IMG/VR virus record: IMGVR_UViG_3300046092_000062 | Span: 62,001-126,000 of that record | DNA length: 64,000 nt | Strand: one strand, 5' to 3' | In this document: piece by piece, positions 26,564-35,342 of the stretch | Layout of the letters: every line of letters begins with the position of its first letter | Numbering within the stretch: position 1 is the stretch's first letter | Made by a program: the position numbers and the translations under genes | The notes under the pieces: generated by a model | The model's database searches: none | What the model was told of the DNA's origin: nothing | What the model saw: the letters and a program-made list of their open reading frames with translations, nothing else

Positions 26564-26578
26564 TTTTGGTTGTATAAT
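26550..26578 (+). promoter_or_regulatory. sigma70-type early promoter
   Basis: TTGTCC-agAAATG..-TATAAT, 17-nt spacer. Confidence 0.72.
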
Positions 26579-26611
26579 AACTACATAGCAAGCAAACAAC
26601 AGGAGCAGAAA

Positions 26612-27037
26612 ATGACAGCAACTACACAACGTGATCCAAAGTGGGACGAGCGCATGGAAGTTCAAGCACAGCACATTCGCTGGCGCGAACAGTTTTACGG
26701 TGTGAAGTTTAACCTGCTCCAAAAGGCTTACGCTCACTTCCGTATGTTCTTTGTCAATAAACACACAATCATTGGTGCTAACTGCACATTGGCTGACTAC
26801 TGCGACAAGTACAAGACAGTTGATGGTCTGCGTGAAGCCATTGGTGACACTCCTAACACTGACAAGCGCAAAGCATACTTCCATGTTTTGACAGACGCTG
26901 GCAAGTTTGCTGCTTGGGCTATCCGTGTACCGTTTTTGTTGGTTGCACTGGCATTTGTCATTGTGCGCGAAGTGGCTGACTTGTGCGTAACAGGCGTACA
27001 AAAAGTGACCCAAATGTTGCCTGGTTCAATCGACTAA
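26612..27037 (+). CDS. hypothetical protein with C-terminal hydrophobic helix
   Basis: Start moved to ATG 26612 after AGGAG. Confidence 0.65.
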   Translation: MTATTQRDPKWDERMEVQAQHIRWREQFYGVKFNLLQKAYAHFRMFFVNKHTIIGANCTLADYCDKYKTVDGLREAIGDTPNTDKRKAYFHVLTDAGKFAAWAIRVPFLLVALAFVIVREVADLCVTGVQKVTQMLPGSID

Positions 27038-27058
27038 TACAGTAAGTAAAGGAACACT

Positions 27059-27360
27059 ATGCAAGCCTGTGTAAACGCCCTGATTATATTGAGCCCAATC
27101 CTGTTGATGGGATTGGCAATCATTGCTTATAACATCTTTGTTCCAGGTCAAAGCCGTGAAGATCGAATTGAAGAACAGTGTTCGAGAATTGAAGCCAAGT
27201 GGGCTCGTATGGCCAAGGAAGGTAAACTGTAATGTATATCGAAATGACAGCCTTTGCTATTCCAACTTTCATTATCACAATTTTCAAAGTGTGTGCAATG
27301 ATTGTGGGTGTTTGGTTAGCCCTTGCACTGATTGTTGGCATGTTCTATCCTAGCAACTAA
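27059..27360 (+). CDS. two small membrane ORFs (27059-27232, 27244-27360)
   Basis: 57 and 38 aa hydrophobic ORFs, RBS before the first. Confidence 0.45.
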
Positions 27361-27369
27361 GGAGTTGAC

Positions 27370-27639
27370 GTGTTCAAACTTAAAGTTGGTGATGTTTGTA
27401 AATTGAATGAAACCATCCCTGGCATTCACAAATGTGATGATTGGAAGACAGGCTTGTATCGTGTGACAAACATTTGGGCACTAGGCTGTGTTGGCAAAGA
27501 TCGAGAAGACCCACGCCGCCAAAGTTATAAGTTTGAGAAAATCAAAAAAGACGGCACAGTTTACAAAAGTTTCAACAACGGATATCGTTGCCAAGCGTGG
27601 GATAAAATGATCGACGAAGGTCGAGTGGAGATTGTATGA
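27370..27639 (+). CDS. hypothetical protein
   Basis: GTG start after AAGGAG. Confidence 0.65.
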   Translation: MFKLKVGDVCKLNETIPGIHKCDDWKTGLYRVTNIWALGCVGKDREDPRRQSYKFEKIKKDGTVYKSFNNGYRCQAWDKMIDEGRVEIV

Positions 27640-27965
27640 TTACTGCAAAAGAAGCCAAAGAACTGTATGACCAAAGTGGGCAAGAGGTTGAAGACTTCTT
27701 GAAACACAACGTTGAGCAAGCAGTGGTCAAAGCCGCAGAAGGTGGCAAGCGTCAAGTGTTTATCCATATGGGTAGTGTGAAACAGTTTGAGTACCTGGAT
27801 CGTACTATTACACCTTTACAACAGGCAGTAGCAGACAAACTCAAAACATTGGGTTATCGTGCTGATATTAAGTTAGACGGTGACAAGTATGTTCCACGAG
27901 GTCTAGCAGACGACAACGGCAATGGTCCTACAATTCAAAACTACGGTATTCAGATTAGCTGGTAA
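27636..27965 (+). CDS. hypothetical protein
   Basis: ATGA-coupled 109 aa. Confidence 0.65.
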   Translation: MITAKEAKELYDQSGQEVEDFLKHNVEQAVVKAAEGGKRQVFIHMGSVKQFEYLDRTITPLQQAVADKLKTLGYRADIKLDGDKYVPRGLADDNGNGPTIQNYGIQISW

Positions 27966-27974
27966 GGACGCAAA

Positions 27975-28262
27975 ATGGCATTGGACAAAAACATTGCACC
28001 GGGCACAGTAATTAAGGTCAAGAGCCTTAAAGGTAAAACTGCGGGCATTTGGGTGGGCGGTTCAAATATGAATTCGATCACTCTTTGGGACCCTAATGCT
28101 TTAGGTCAGGCTAAATTGGCAACGTCTCAAGTTGGGGACACATTGATTGTAATTAAAAAACCCCGTAAAGTGTACGGGATCAATGTGTGTCGGGTTGAAA
28201 CTGCTAATGGCATTCAGGGCGAAGTGTATTGGACAGAACTCCGTTCCAACTGTGAGGTATGA
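27975..28262 (+). CDS. hypothetical protein
   Basis: 95 aa, AAGGA RBS. Confidence 0.6.
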   Translation: MALDKNIAPGTVIKVKSLKGKTAGIWVGGSNMNSITLWDPNALGQAKLATSQVGDTLIVIKKPRKVYGINVCRVETANGIQGEVYWTELRSNCEV

Positions 28263-28263
28263 A

Positions 28264-28947
28264 ATGAACGAACTTACGCAAATCCGCAGCATGGCGGAAA
28301 TGATTATCGAAAAGGTTGACGCATTGGAAGGTGCAACGCCAAAGTCAAAGTTCCAAGTTGGTGATCGTGTACGTTCGATTAGCGGACCGTCCTATGGCGC
28401 TATTGGAACAGTGGTCACAGTTAGCGGCAATCTTTATTATTGCAAGTTCGACCACGGTGTGTATCATCATGGATACAACCACGAAGACGGCCTTATATTG
28501 ACCAAGTGTGATGCAGAGCCAAAATTCAAAGTCGGTGATTGCGTCCGCCACACTGGCGTGACGGGTAACAACACGGGCAAAGTCACTGGAATTCATAAGC
28601 TCGACGGACATTATCGCTATCGCTATCTTGTTCTGCTTGACAACGGTGAACACACCCATATCATTGAGCCTCAGCTTGCATTAGTTGAAGCCGATCGTAA
28701 ATGGCACAGTGGTCCGCCGCCCCATGTTGGATGGTGGAACGCAAGTTATTATGATGGACACAACCGAAACATGAGTTGGCGTTGGTGGAATGGTGAATAC
28801 TGGTCACATCTTGTATTTCCCTTTGATTCAATTGTGATGGTTGGTATCAGTTCAGGCGAGTTTGATGATTATCAAGATAAAATTCAATGGACCGACTACT
28901 GGCCAGAGAACGCTCGTGTGCCACGCATTAACCCAACAAAAGCATGA
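28264..28947 (+). CDS. hypothetical with two SH3/KOW-like repeats
   Basis: KFQVGDRVR and KFKVGDCVR repeats; start moved to 28264. Confidence 0.6.
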   Translation: MNELTQIRSMAEMIIEKVDALEGATPKSKFQVGDRVRSISGPSYGAIGTVVTVSGNLYYCKFDHGVYHHGYNHEDGLILTKCDAEPKFKVGDCVRHTGVTGNNTGKVTGIHKLDGHYRYRYLVLLDNGEHTHIIEPQLALVEADRKWHSGPPPHVGWWNASYYDGHNRNMSWRWWNGEYWSHLVFPFDSIVMVGISSGEFDDYQDKIQWTDYWPENARVPRINPTKA

Positions 28948-29100
28948 GAGGCCAAACAGCACAATATCGTTGTCGCTCTTGTGGTGGGCTTTTCGTTGCA
29001 CGAGTTGCTGATAGAAATCGCGGATGGGCAAAGTTCTGTGGTAAGGCTTGCAAACAAATAATGCAAGAAGAAGCAAAGAAAATTTGGAAGGTACTGAAAA

Positions 29101-29463
29101 ATGGCGGGTTACGAGTTAATTCTTAAAGTTAAACGTCTCGAAGATACTCTGCACAAGATGGGTATGCGTTGGGGCTACGACAAACACAATGGCCAGTGGG
29201 GCGGCAGCGAGTTTGGCGATCGTGTAGCAGTGTACCCACGTGATGAAGAACTGCCGGTTTATGCCCGTGATGCTATGTTGTTTAGCGGAACCATTGATCA
29301 GCTTCAAGTGTGGATTACTGGCATTGAATGGGCCCGCGGCTACGACATGATCAACAAAGTTAGTGACGAAAAGAAACGTGCCCGCAAGGAACAAGATCGT
29401 CGCAACGAAAACATGATGCGCCGCCTTAAAAACGAAGAAGTCATTGGGAAAGGTCACGCTTGA
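29101..29463 (+). CDS. hypothetical protein
   Basis: 120 aa ORF. Confidence 0.65.
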   Translation: MAGYELILKVKRLEDTLHKMGMRWGYDKHNGQWGGSEFGDRVAVYPRDEELPVYARDAMLFSGTIDQLQVWITGIEWARGYDMINKVSDEKKRARKEQDRRNENMMRRLKNEEVIGKGHA

Positions 29464-29488
29464 CCCGAAATGATTTTGGTGTTATAAT
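29460..29488 (+). promoter_or_regulatory. sigma70-type early promoter
   Basis: TTGACC-cgAAATG..-TATAAT, 17-nt spacer. Confidence 0.78.
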
Positions 29489-29515
29489 AACTACATAGCA
29501 GCAAAAAGGTACCCG

Positions 29516-29782
29516 ATGATTAACGAAGCAATGTTCCGCAATCGCAGTCAGTTTAACGAGTTTACTATGAGCCTGCGCCGTATGTGCGAAGTTACTGGTC
29601 CAACTCGTGTGCAGTTGCGTAATGGGTGCATTACTACTTTAGTATACAAGCCCTCTGATGAAAAACGGGACGAAGAAGCTATGTTTCACACCACAAGTTG
29701 GTCGTTGGTTTGGTACCCAGATGGGTCCAGCTGCAAAAACGCAGATCTCGACATTGTGCGCATGGGCATTGACATTCAATGA
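29516..29782 (+). CDS. hypothetical protein
   Basis: 88 aa downstream of promoter. Confidence 0.6.
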   Translation: MINEAMFRNRSQFNEFTMSLRRMCEVTGPTRVQLRNGCITTLVYKPSDEKRDEEAMFHTTSWSLVWYPDGSSCKNADLDIVRMGIDIQ

Positions 29783-29797
29783 AAACGGTGTTATAAT
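29769..29797 (+). promoter_or_regulatory. consensus sigma70 promoter
   Basis: TTGACA-17-TATAAT. Confidence 0.82.
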
Positions 29798-29826
29798 ATA
29801 CACATAGACAGCAACAAAGGACATAT

Positions 29827-30957
29827 ATGAAAAAGTTTCTAGCAGCACTCGCGTTTGGTTTGATGGCAATTGCCGCTCAAGCTGAGGCAACATTTGATCA
29901 GATCCAGGGACTGATCCAACAGCAACAATATGCCGCAGCAGCGCAAGGACTGGAAGTGATTATCCAAAATCACCCCAAGTCAGCTAAAGCATTTTATGCA
30001 ATGGCACAAGCACAAGCAGGCTTGGGCAATCAAGAAAAAGCACAAAAGGCGCTTAACATTGCAACAGGCTTGAACCCTGCACTGGACTTTGCTCCGGCTA
30101 GTAGCGTGGCAAGTTTGAAGGAAGCAATTACTCCGCAAACTAAGAAGATTGAGTCAATCGAGGAAACGCATTTTTGGCGTAATACAATCATGGCGCTTAT
30201 CTTGGCTGGCGCAGGTATTTGGGTGTTCATGATGTATATGCGTAAAGAGCAAGAAGCCGAAGCAAAGGCAGAAGCAGAACGTCAAGCAGAACTGGACCGT
30301 ATCCGTGAAGAACGTGATGCAAAGCGTAAGCAAGAACACATGGAAATGCTTGCCAAACAAGATGCAGAACGCAAAGCTGAACTGGCCGCAGAAGCAGCAT
30401 TGAAAGCACACAAGAATTATGGTCACGAACGTTTCGACCCAGCTAATCCCGACAAGTTGAAAACAGTCAAGCAGTTCAAAGAAGAAAAACTTGCAGAAGA
30501 AATGGTAGCTAAGGCCCGTGCAGAAGCAGCAGAAGCTCGAGCTCGTGCAGATGCCGCAGAAGCAAGAGGTCGCGGATACTACACTCCAGCTCAAGCTGTT
30601 CAGCCAACTCAGACAGTGGTGCATACTAGCTCGGGTAGCAACGACATGCTGACTGGTGTGTTGATTGGTAACATGTTGAGCAACAGTGGTCACCACCATG
30701 ACACTGAGCGCACTGTGATCCGCGAAACTGTGCGTGAAGTTCCTGCTCCTAGCAAGTCTAGCACATGGGATGACACTACTATCCGCGAAGAAAAGTCTAG
30801 CACATGGGACACACCTGCACCATCACGCAGCTCTAGCTGGGATGACAGTTCAAGCAAGAGTAGCTCAAGCTGGTCTAGTTCAAGCAGCGACTCTAGCTCA
30901 AGCTGGAGCAGCAGCGATAGTTCTAGCAGCAGCGACAGTTCATCAAGCTGGGATTAA
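29827..30957 (+). CDS. membrane-anchored TPR protein with coiled coil and Ser-rich tail
   Basis: Signal peptide, TPR-like helices (AKAFYAMAQAQAGLG), TM helix, SSTWD repeats. Confidence 0.72.
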   Translation: MKKFLAALAFGLMAIAAQAEATFDQIQGLIQQQQYAAAAQGLEVIIQNHPKSAKAFYAMAQAQAGLGNQEKAQKALNIATGLNPALDFAPASSVASLKEAITPQTKKIESIEETHFWRNTIMALILAGAGIWVFMMYMRKEQEAEAKAEAERQAELDRIREERDAKRKQEHMEMLAKQDAERKAELAAEAALKAHKNYGHERFDPANPDKLKTVKQFKEEKLAEEMVAKARAEAAEARARADAAEARGRGYYTPAQAVQPTQTVVHTSSGSNDMLTGVLIGNMLSNSGHHHDTERTVIRETVREVPAPSKSSTWDDTTIREEKSSTWDTPAPSRSSSWDDSSSKSSSSWSSSSSDSSSSWSSSDSSSSSDSSSSWD

Positions 30958-31096
30958 TTATGTTTTTTGCTGACCTTTTTATGATTACAATGACGTTTGT
31001 AATGTTGATTGGACTGTTCTTCATGTTTGATGAAGTTATCCTTAAAGGTTATTTTGCAACAAAACTTCGTAAACGGTTTAACGTAGAGGACTTGAA

Positions 31097-31330
31097 ATGA
31101 CACAAACAATTTACGGACTAACATGCGACTATGGTGATGGCAGTGCTGGTATGCGTTGGTATCGCAACAAAGCAACAGTTGACGCCAAACTAGATGAAGA
31201 CAGTCCGGACTGGGATGAGATGATGTATGGCAACGAAGGTACACCTAGCATGGTGCTAACTTTCCCGGCAGACTTAGATCTCGAGAAGTGTGGATTTAGG
31301 TTTGATGATAACGAGGACGATGATTTATGA
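31097..31330 (+). CDS. hypothetical acidic protein
   Basis: 77 aa, GAGGA RBS. Confidence 0.6.
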   Translation: MTQTIYGLTCDYGDGSAGMRWYRNKATVDAKLDEDSPDWDEMMYGNEGTPSMVLTFPADLDLEKCGFRFDDNEDDDL

Positions 31331-31448
31331 TTTTAATCGTAGAGTTTTTAATGGCATGTGGCTTAGTAGCGATTGTGGGTAGTTTGATCTACGCTGGCTA
31401 CAAAGCAGGTAAAGCAAGTTCAACAACGGATAAAAAGGAATAATCCAA

Positions 31449-32300
31449 ATGTTTTCAATCGTATTTTTTGCACTCTTGGCATTGGTTGCTGCTGGTGCTA
31501 TCAGCGTCTTTCTTAATCAGAAAGCACTTGGCACACTAGTAGGTATTGTCATCTTTATCGGTGGCATGGCGTTTAGTTCATTCACTGTTATCAGTGCTGG
31601 ACACACAGGCGTTATTGTTACCCTAGGTGAAGTTAACCCGGTAACACTTACTGAAGGTTGGCACCTTGTTAATCCGGTGAGCCAAGTTAAAGACGTTAAC
31701 GTTCAACTTCAGCGCACTCAGCTAGCAGGTGCTAACGCAAGTACCAAAGACTTGCAGGTTGTACACACTGACATCGTTGTTCAGTATCGACTACACGCAG
31801 ACAAAGTGCCGCACATCTACAAAGAGTACGGCTTGAATGTGGATGACAAGGTTCTTGGTCCAGCTATTAACGAAGCGTTCAAATCAATCACTGCCAAATA
31901 CACAAGTGAGGAATTGGTTACTAAGCGACAGATTGTTAGTGACGAAATCCAAACTATGTTGAAGGGTAAAGTTGCTCCGTTTGACATCGACGTAAGTGGT
32001 ATTAGTTTGGTTAACTTTGGATTCTCAGCAGAGTACCAAAAGGCCATTGAGCAGAAGGTTATTGCTACTCAACAAACAGCCAAAGCTGAACAAGACTTGG
32101 CTCGTATTAAAGTTGAAGCCGCAAGCCGTATCGCTCAAGCTGAAGGTGAAGCCAAAGCTATTGCTATTCAAGCAAGTGCTATCCAAAGCAATGGTGGACA
32201 GAACTATGTGCAGTTGCAATGGATTGAGAAATGGAATGGCAAATTGCCAGACACTGTGCTCAATGGCAACTCTAGTATGATGTTGAACATGGGCAAATAA
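31449..32300 (+). CDS. prohibitin / SPFH (band 7) membrane protein
   Basis: N-terminal TM, AGHTGVIVTLG, STKDLQ, AIEQK...AEGEAKAI. Confidence 0.9.
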   Translation: MFSIVFFALLALVAAGAISVFLNQKALGTLVGIVIFIGGMAFSSFTVISAGHTGVIVTLGEVNPVTLTEGWHLVNPVSQVKDVNVQLQRTQLAGANASTKDLQVVHTDIVVQYRLHADKVPHIYKEYGLNVDDKVLGPAINEAFKSITAKYTSEELVTKRQIVSDEIQTMLKGKVAPFDIDVSGISLVNFGFSAEYQKAIEQKVIATQQTAKAEQDLARIKVEAASRIAQAEGEAKAIAIQASAIQSNGGQNYVQLQWIEKWNGKLPDTVLNGNSSMMLNMGK

Positions 32301-32302
32301 TA

Positions 32303-32322
32303 AAAGGGCTTCGGCCCTTTTT
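32303..32322 (+). terminator. rho-independent terminator
   Basis: AAAGGGC-TTCG-GCCCTTT-TT. Confidence 0.85.
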
Positions 32323-32333
32323 AGGAGTTTAAA

Positions 32334-32702
32334 ATGAAACGTGTAATTGGAATTTTAGCAGCAGTATTGTTAGTGGGTTGTGGTGGACGTACAGACGAGG
32401 AAGCCAAAGTCTTACTGTCTGCTCCTGCCGTTAACTTTGTTGGAGTGTACGAAGGCTGTGAAGTCAAGTACGTGGATCGTGGATACCAAAATAAGAGCTT
32501 CTATATTGCCAAGTGTGGCAGTACCACTACAGCTACTCGCAACTACAGCGAGCAGTCGGGCAAGACCACAGTGTTTCGCAGCAGCACAGTAATCACACAA
32601 GAGCTTGATAAGCTGCAAGCTGAGAAAGCCGCAGCAGAAACAAAAGAACGAGCTCTTGAAAAGTTAACACCAACTGAACGTGCAGCGTTGGGGATCAAAT
32701 GA
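32334..32702 (+). CDS. putative lipoprotein
   Basis: Lipobox LLVGC after signal peptide. Confidence 0.7.
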   Translation: MKRVIGILAAVLLVGCGGRTDEEAKVLLSAPAVNFVGVYEGCEVKYVDRGYQNKSFYIAKCGSTTTATRNYSEQSGKTTVFRSSTVITQELDKLQAEKAAAETKERALEKLTPTERAALGIK

Positions 32703-32953
32703 ACGAACGAATTCGAGAACTTACTAAACAGGCTGGTATTAGTATTCTGTATGAATATGATGGATATGATGGTCACGCCGCAGTAGCCAACTTGAAGGAC
32801 ATTGAAAAGTTTGCCGAGTTGATTGTTCGGGAATGTTTAGATATTGCTAAAAATTGGGAAGACGAACTAGAAAATGCCAACATGCTCAGCGAATCAAATG
32901 CAGCTGGCATCGTGGCATATCGAATCGCCCGACAATTTGGAGTTGAAGAATGA
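32699..32953 (+). CDS. hypothetical phage protein (MNERIREL family)
   Basis: MNERIREL...EKFAELIVREC...QFGVE pattern. Confidence 0.7.
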   Translation: MNERIRELTKQAGISILYEYDGYDGHAAVANLKDIEKFAELIVRECLDIAKNWEDELENANMLSESNAAGIVAYRIARQFGVEE

Positions 32954-33258
32954 TCTACAAAGAATTTTTTCAAGACGCAAAAGTTGCTGTCAAGAACATC
33001 TCAGGTTACGCATGGATCGGCATTAAGAGTATTTCCAAGATCATTGGATATGCAATACTGTTTACTGTAGTATGTTTCGTTGTTGGCGCTATTGCATTTC
33101 AGTTTCCGTGGGTCACTGCTACTGTAGTTGCTATGCTAGCAGCCTGCGCATTATTCTGGATAGAACTAGAAACTGTTAGGTTCGTTCGTGAAAAGGAACA
33201 GCTTGAACAAGCCTGGCGAGATGAAAAGAACAAGCCAGCGCACGGAGATGTAAAATGA
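32950..33258 (+). CDS. hypothetical membrane protein
   Basis: Two hydrophobic helices. Confidence 0.6.
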   Translation: MIYKEFFQDAKVAVKNISGYAWIGIKSISKIIGYAILFTVVCFVVGAIAFQFPWVTATVVAMLAACALFWIELETVRFVREKEQLEQAWRDEKNKPAHGDVK

Positions 33259-33782
33259 AGTGGTTTGGTCGCACTGGCGGATACTACATTTTCTGGACAG
33301 GCTTTGTTTACCTTTGGGTGGGCCTGTTAAACATCTATTACAAGTTCTGTCCGGCAGAACTAATTCAAGTGCTATGGATTGTATCATTGATACTGCCACT
33401 AACAGTTAAACCTGTTGCACGGTATTTTAATATGAAACTATTTTGGGAGGAATGATATGGACGATGATATGAAGTGGTTTATGATCGCTATGATTTTTGT
33501 TATGGGATTGCCAATGGCAGGACTTGCATACTCCGACTATCAAAAGAGTCAGTGTAAGCTAGCCGGCATTGCTGCACACATGCCAACAGACGATATTGCA
33601 AAGGTGTGTAAATGAATAAGTTTCAACTTTGGTACACACAGTACAGTAGCGAAATCACATGGTTCATCATTGGCGTATGTTTGATGTCGTGCATTGCCAA
33701 TCTCTCGTTGCGTAACTACGGCAACGCAGCACTGGATGCGTTCTTTGTAGTGGTGAACTACATGTTCTGGAGTCGCCGCTAA
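33255..33782 (+). CDS. three small membrane ORFs (33255-33455, 33457-33615, 33612-33782)
   Basis: Translationally coupled 52-66 aa hydrophobic ORFs. Confidence 0.55.
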
Positions 33783-33783
33783 T

Positions 33784-34080
33784 ATGAGTAACGAAACAGC
33801 AAAGTTCTTAAACTCGCGCCGCCGCCACAAGACGGATGTTACCATTGCTAGGCAGTTGCGTATTGCCAAGCAGAGTTCTACTTATAATCCAAAGTTGGAT
33901 AAGCAGCCGCACCGTCTGGCTAAACATCGTGCTATGGATTGTGGTAAGCCTGGGTGCTTGATGTGTGGCAACCCACGCCGCAACGAGTGGCTCAAGAAAG
34001 ACCGCAGAACTGCACAAGAACGCAGACTAATGCAAGACCTAGACTCTGGTACGCACAGCAGCGATACTGAGCAAGAGTAA
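33784..34080 (+). CDS. basic protein with CxxxxCxxC motif
   Basis: MDCGKPGCLMCGNPRR. Confidence 0.65.
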   Translation: MSNETAKFLNSRRRHKTDVTIARQLRIAKQSSTYNPKLDKQPHRLAKHRAMDCGKPGCLMCGNPRRNEWLKKDRRTAQERRLMQDLDSGTHSSDTEQE

Positions 34081-34101
34081 AAGCCCCGCAAGGGGCTTTT
34101 T
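34081..34101 (+). terminator. rho-independent terminator
   Basis: AAGCCCC-GCAA-GGGGCTT-TTT. Confidence 0.85.
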
Positions 34102-34151
34102 AATGGTTAAACGTACCTCGTAAAAATTATTTGTTCCTGTTACAATGCACT

Positions 34152-35342
34152 ATGAAAAAATACGATACAGTTGAAGATTACATTGAAGTTATTTCTGGCT
34201 ACCGTGACGTTGTTACCGGTAAGCCCAAGAGTTCGTGGATGTTTAGCTTTGATCCGATTATCAATCTAGCTAGATATGATGTTAGTGTGCTGACCAGTAT
34301 GTGCGAAGCTACATACTCAGCCAAGCCTCTAACTGAACGACAAGGCGAACTGGCTTGCAAGATCCTTCTTAAGTACCAACGGCAACTTGCAGCAAAGGGC
34401 GTTGATGTAAGTCCCATTGAGCAGCCGGTGTGGAGAAATAAATTACGTAAGATGGATTACACCAAGTCCCTTACTATTAGGGATGACACCATTGTTCTGC
34501 AATTTCCTTACTCGACAGACTTGATTGAGCGTTTACGGGCTTTCAGGAAAGATAGTCAGGGACGATGCGTATTTGACAAAGAAAAGAAGCAATGGCACAT
34601 TGCCCTGACAGAATATAATCTAAACTACTGCTATGCGTGGGCTGCATCCAATGGCTTTACTGTTGGCGAAGAAGTCATTGAGTTGAATAACAAGATTGCT
34701 CAGGTTGAACAACAGCCATATGCGATTGAGTTGTTTTGCAACGGTACATCTCTAGACATTAGAAACTGCCCAGACAGCCTGCGTGAATACATTGAAACTA
34801 AACTAGGTGGATTTGCATTTGATAATCTGCTACGTCTAGTAGATGCCTCTAGTGATTTAGGGTACACTATTGATGAAGATCTAAGCCAAGCTGTGATCCA
34901 AGAGTGGGGCACAAGATTCCTACGCATTGCAAGCCATCGCGAAGTTAAGATTAACAGTGATGTTGGCATCGATGAAGATCATTTGTCTAGCGTGTTGGAC
35001 TATGCAGTAAAGGTTGGACGTTTGCCCGTGGTAATTTATGAGCCCGACTTGAGTATTCGATTGTTCCAGCGATTAAAGGAATTGTACCCAGACGAACAAA
35101 TCATTGACGTTGGCAACAGCAAAAGCGTACAAGAACGTATAACACCAGAGACAAAGTTCATATATACAGTTAAGCCCATTAAAGACCTTGAACACATCCC
35201 CATGCTTATTAGCACATCGGGAATGATCTTTGGCGGCGACAAACAAACCATGTTACAAAGATCCAGTAAGGTAGTATATACCGCAGCAGATGTGTATACT
35301 AAAGGCAATACTGGAAAGAAAGTTATTAAAATTGCAGGCTAA
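34152..35342 (+). CDS. hypothetical protein with possible HARP-like domain
   Basis: LQFPYSTDLIERLR...FDKEKKQWHI; coupled to helicase; start moved to 34152. Confidence 0.6.
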   Translation: MKKYDTVEDYIEVISGYRDVVTGKPKSSWMFSFDPIINLARYDVSVLTSMCEATYSAKPLTERQGELACKILLKYQRQLAAKGVDVSPIEQPVWRNKLRKMDYTKSLTIRDDTIVLQFPYSTDLIERLRAFRKDSQGRCVFDKEKKQWHIALTEYNLNYCYAWAASNGFTVGEEVIELNNKIAQVEQQPYAIELFCNGTSLDIRNCPDSLREYIETKLGGFAFDNLLRLVDASSDLGYTIDEDLSQAVIQEWGTRFLRIASHREVKINSDVGIDEDHLSSVLDYAVKVGRLPVVIYEPDLSIRLFQRLKELYPDEQIIDVGNSKSVQERITPETKFIYTVKPIKDLEHIPMLISTSGMIFGGDKQTMLQRSSKVVYTAADVYTKGNTGKKVIKIAG

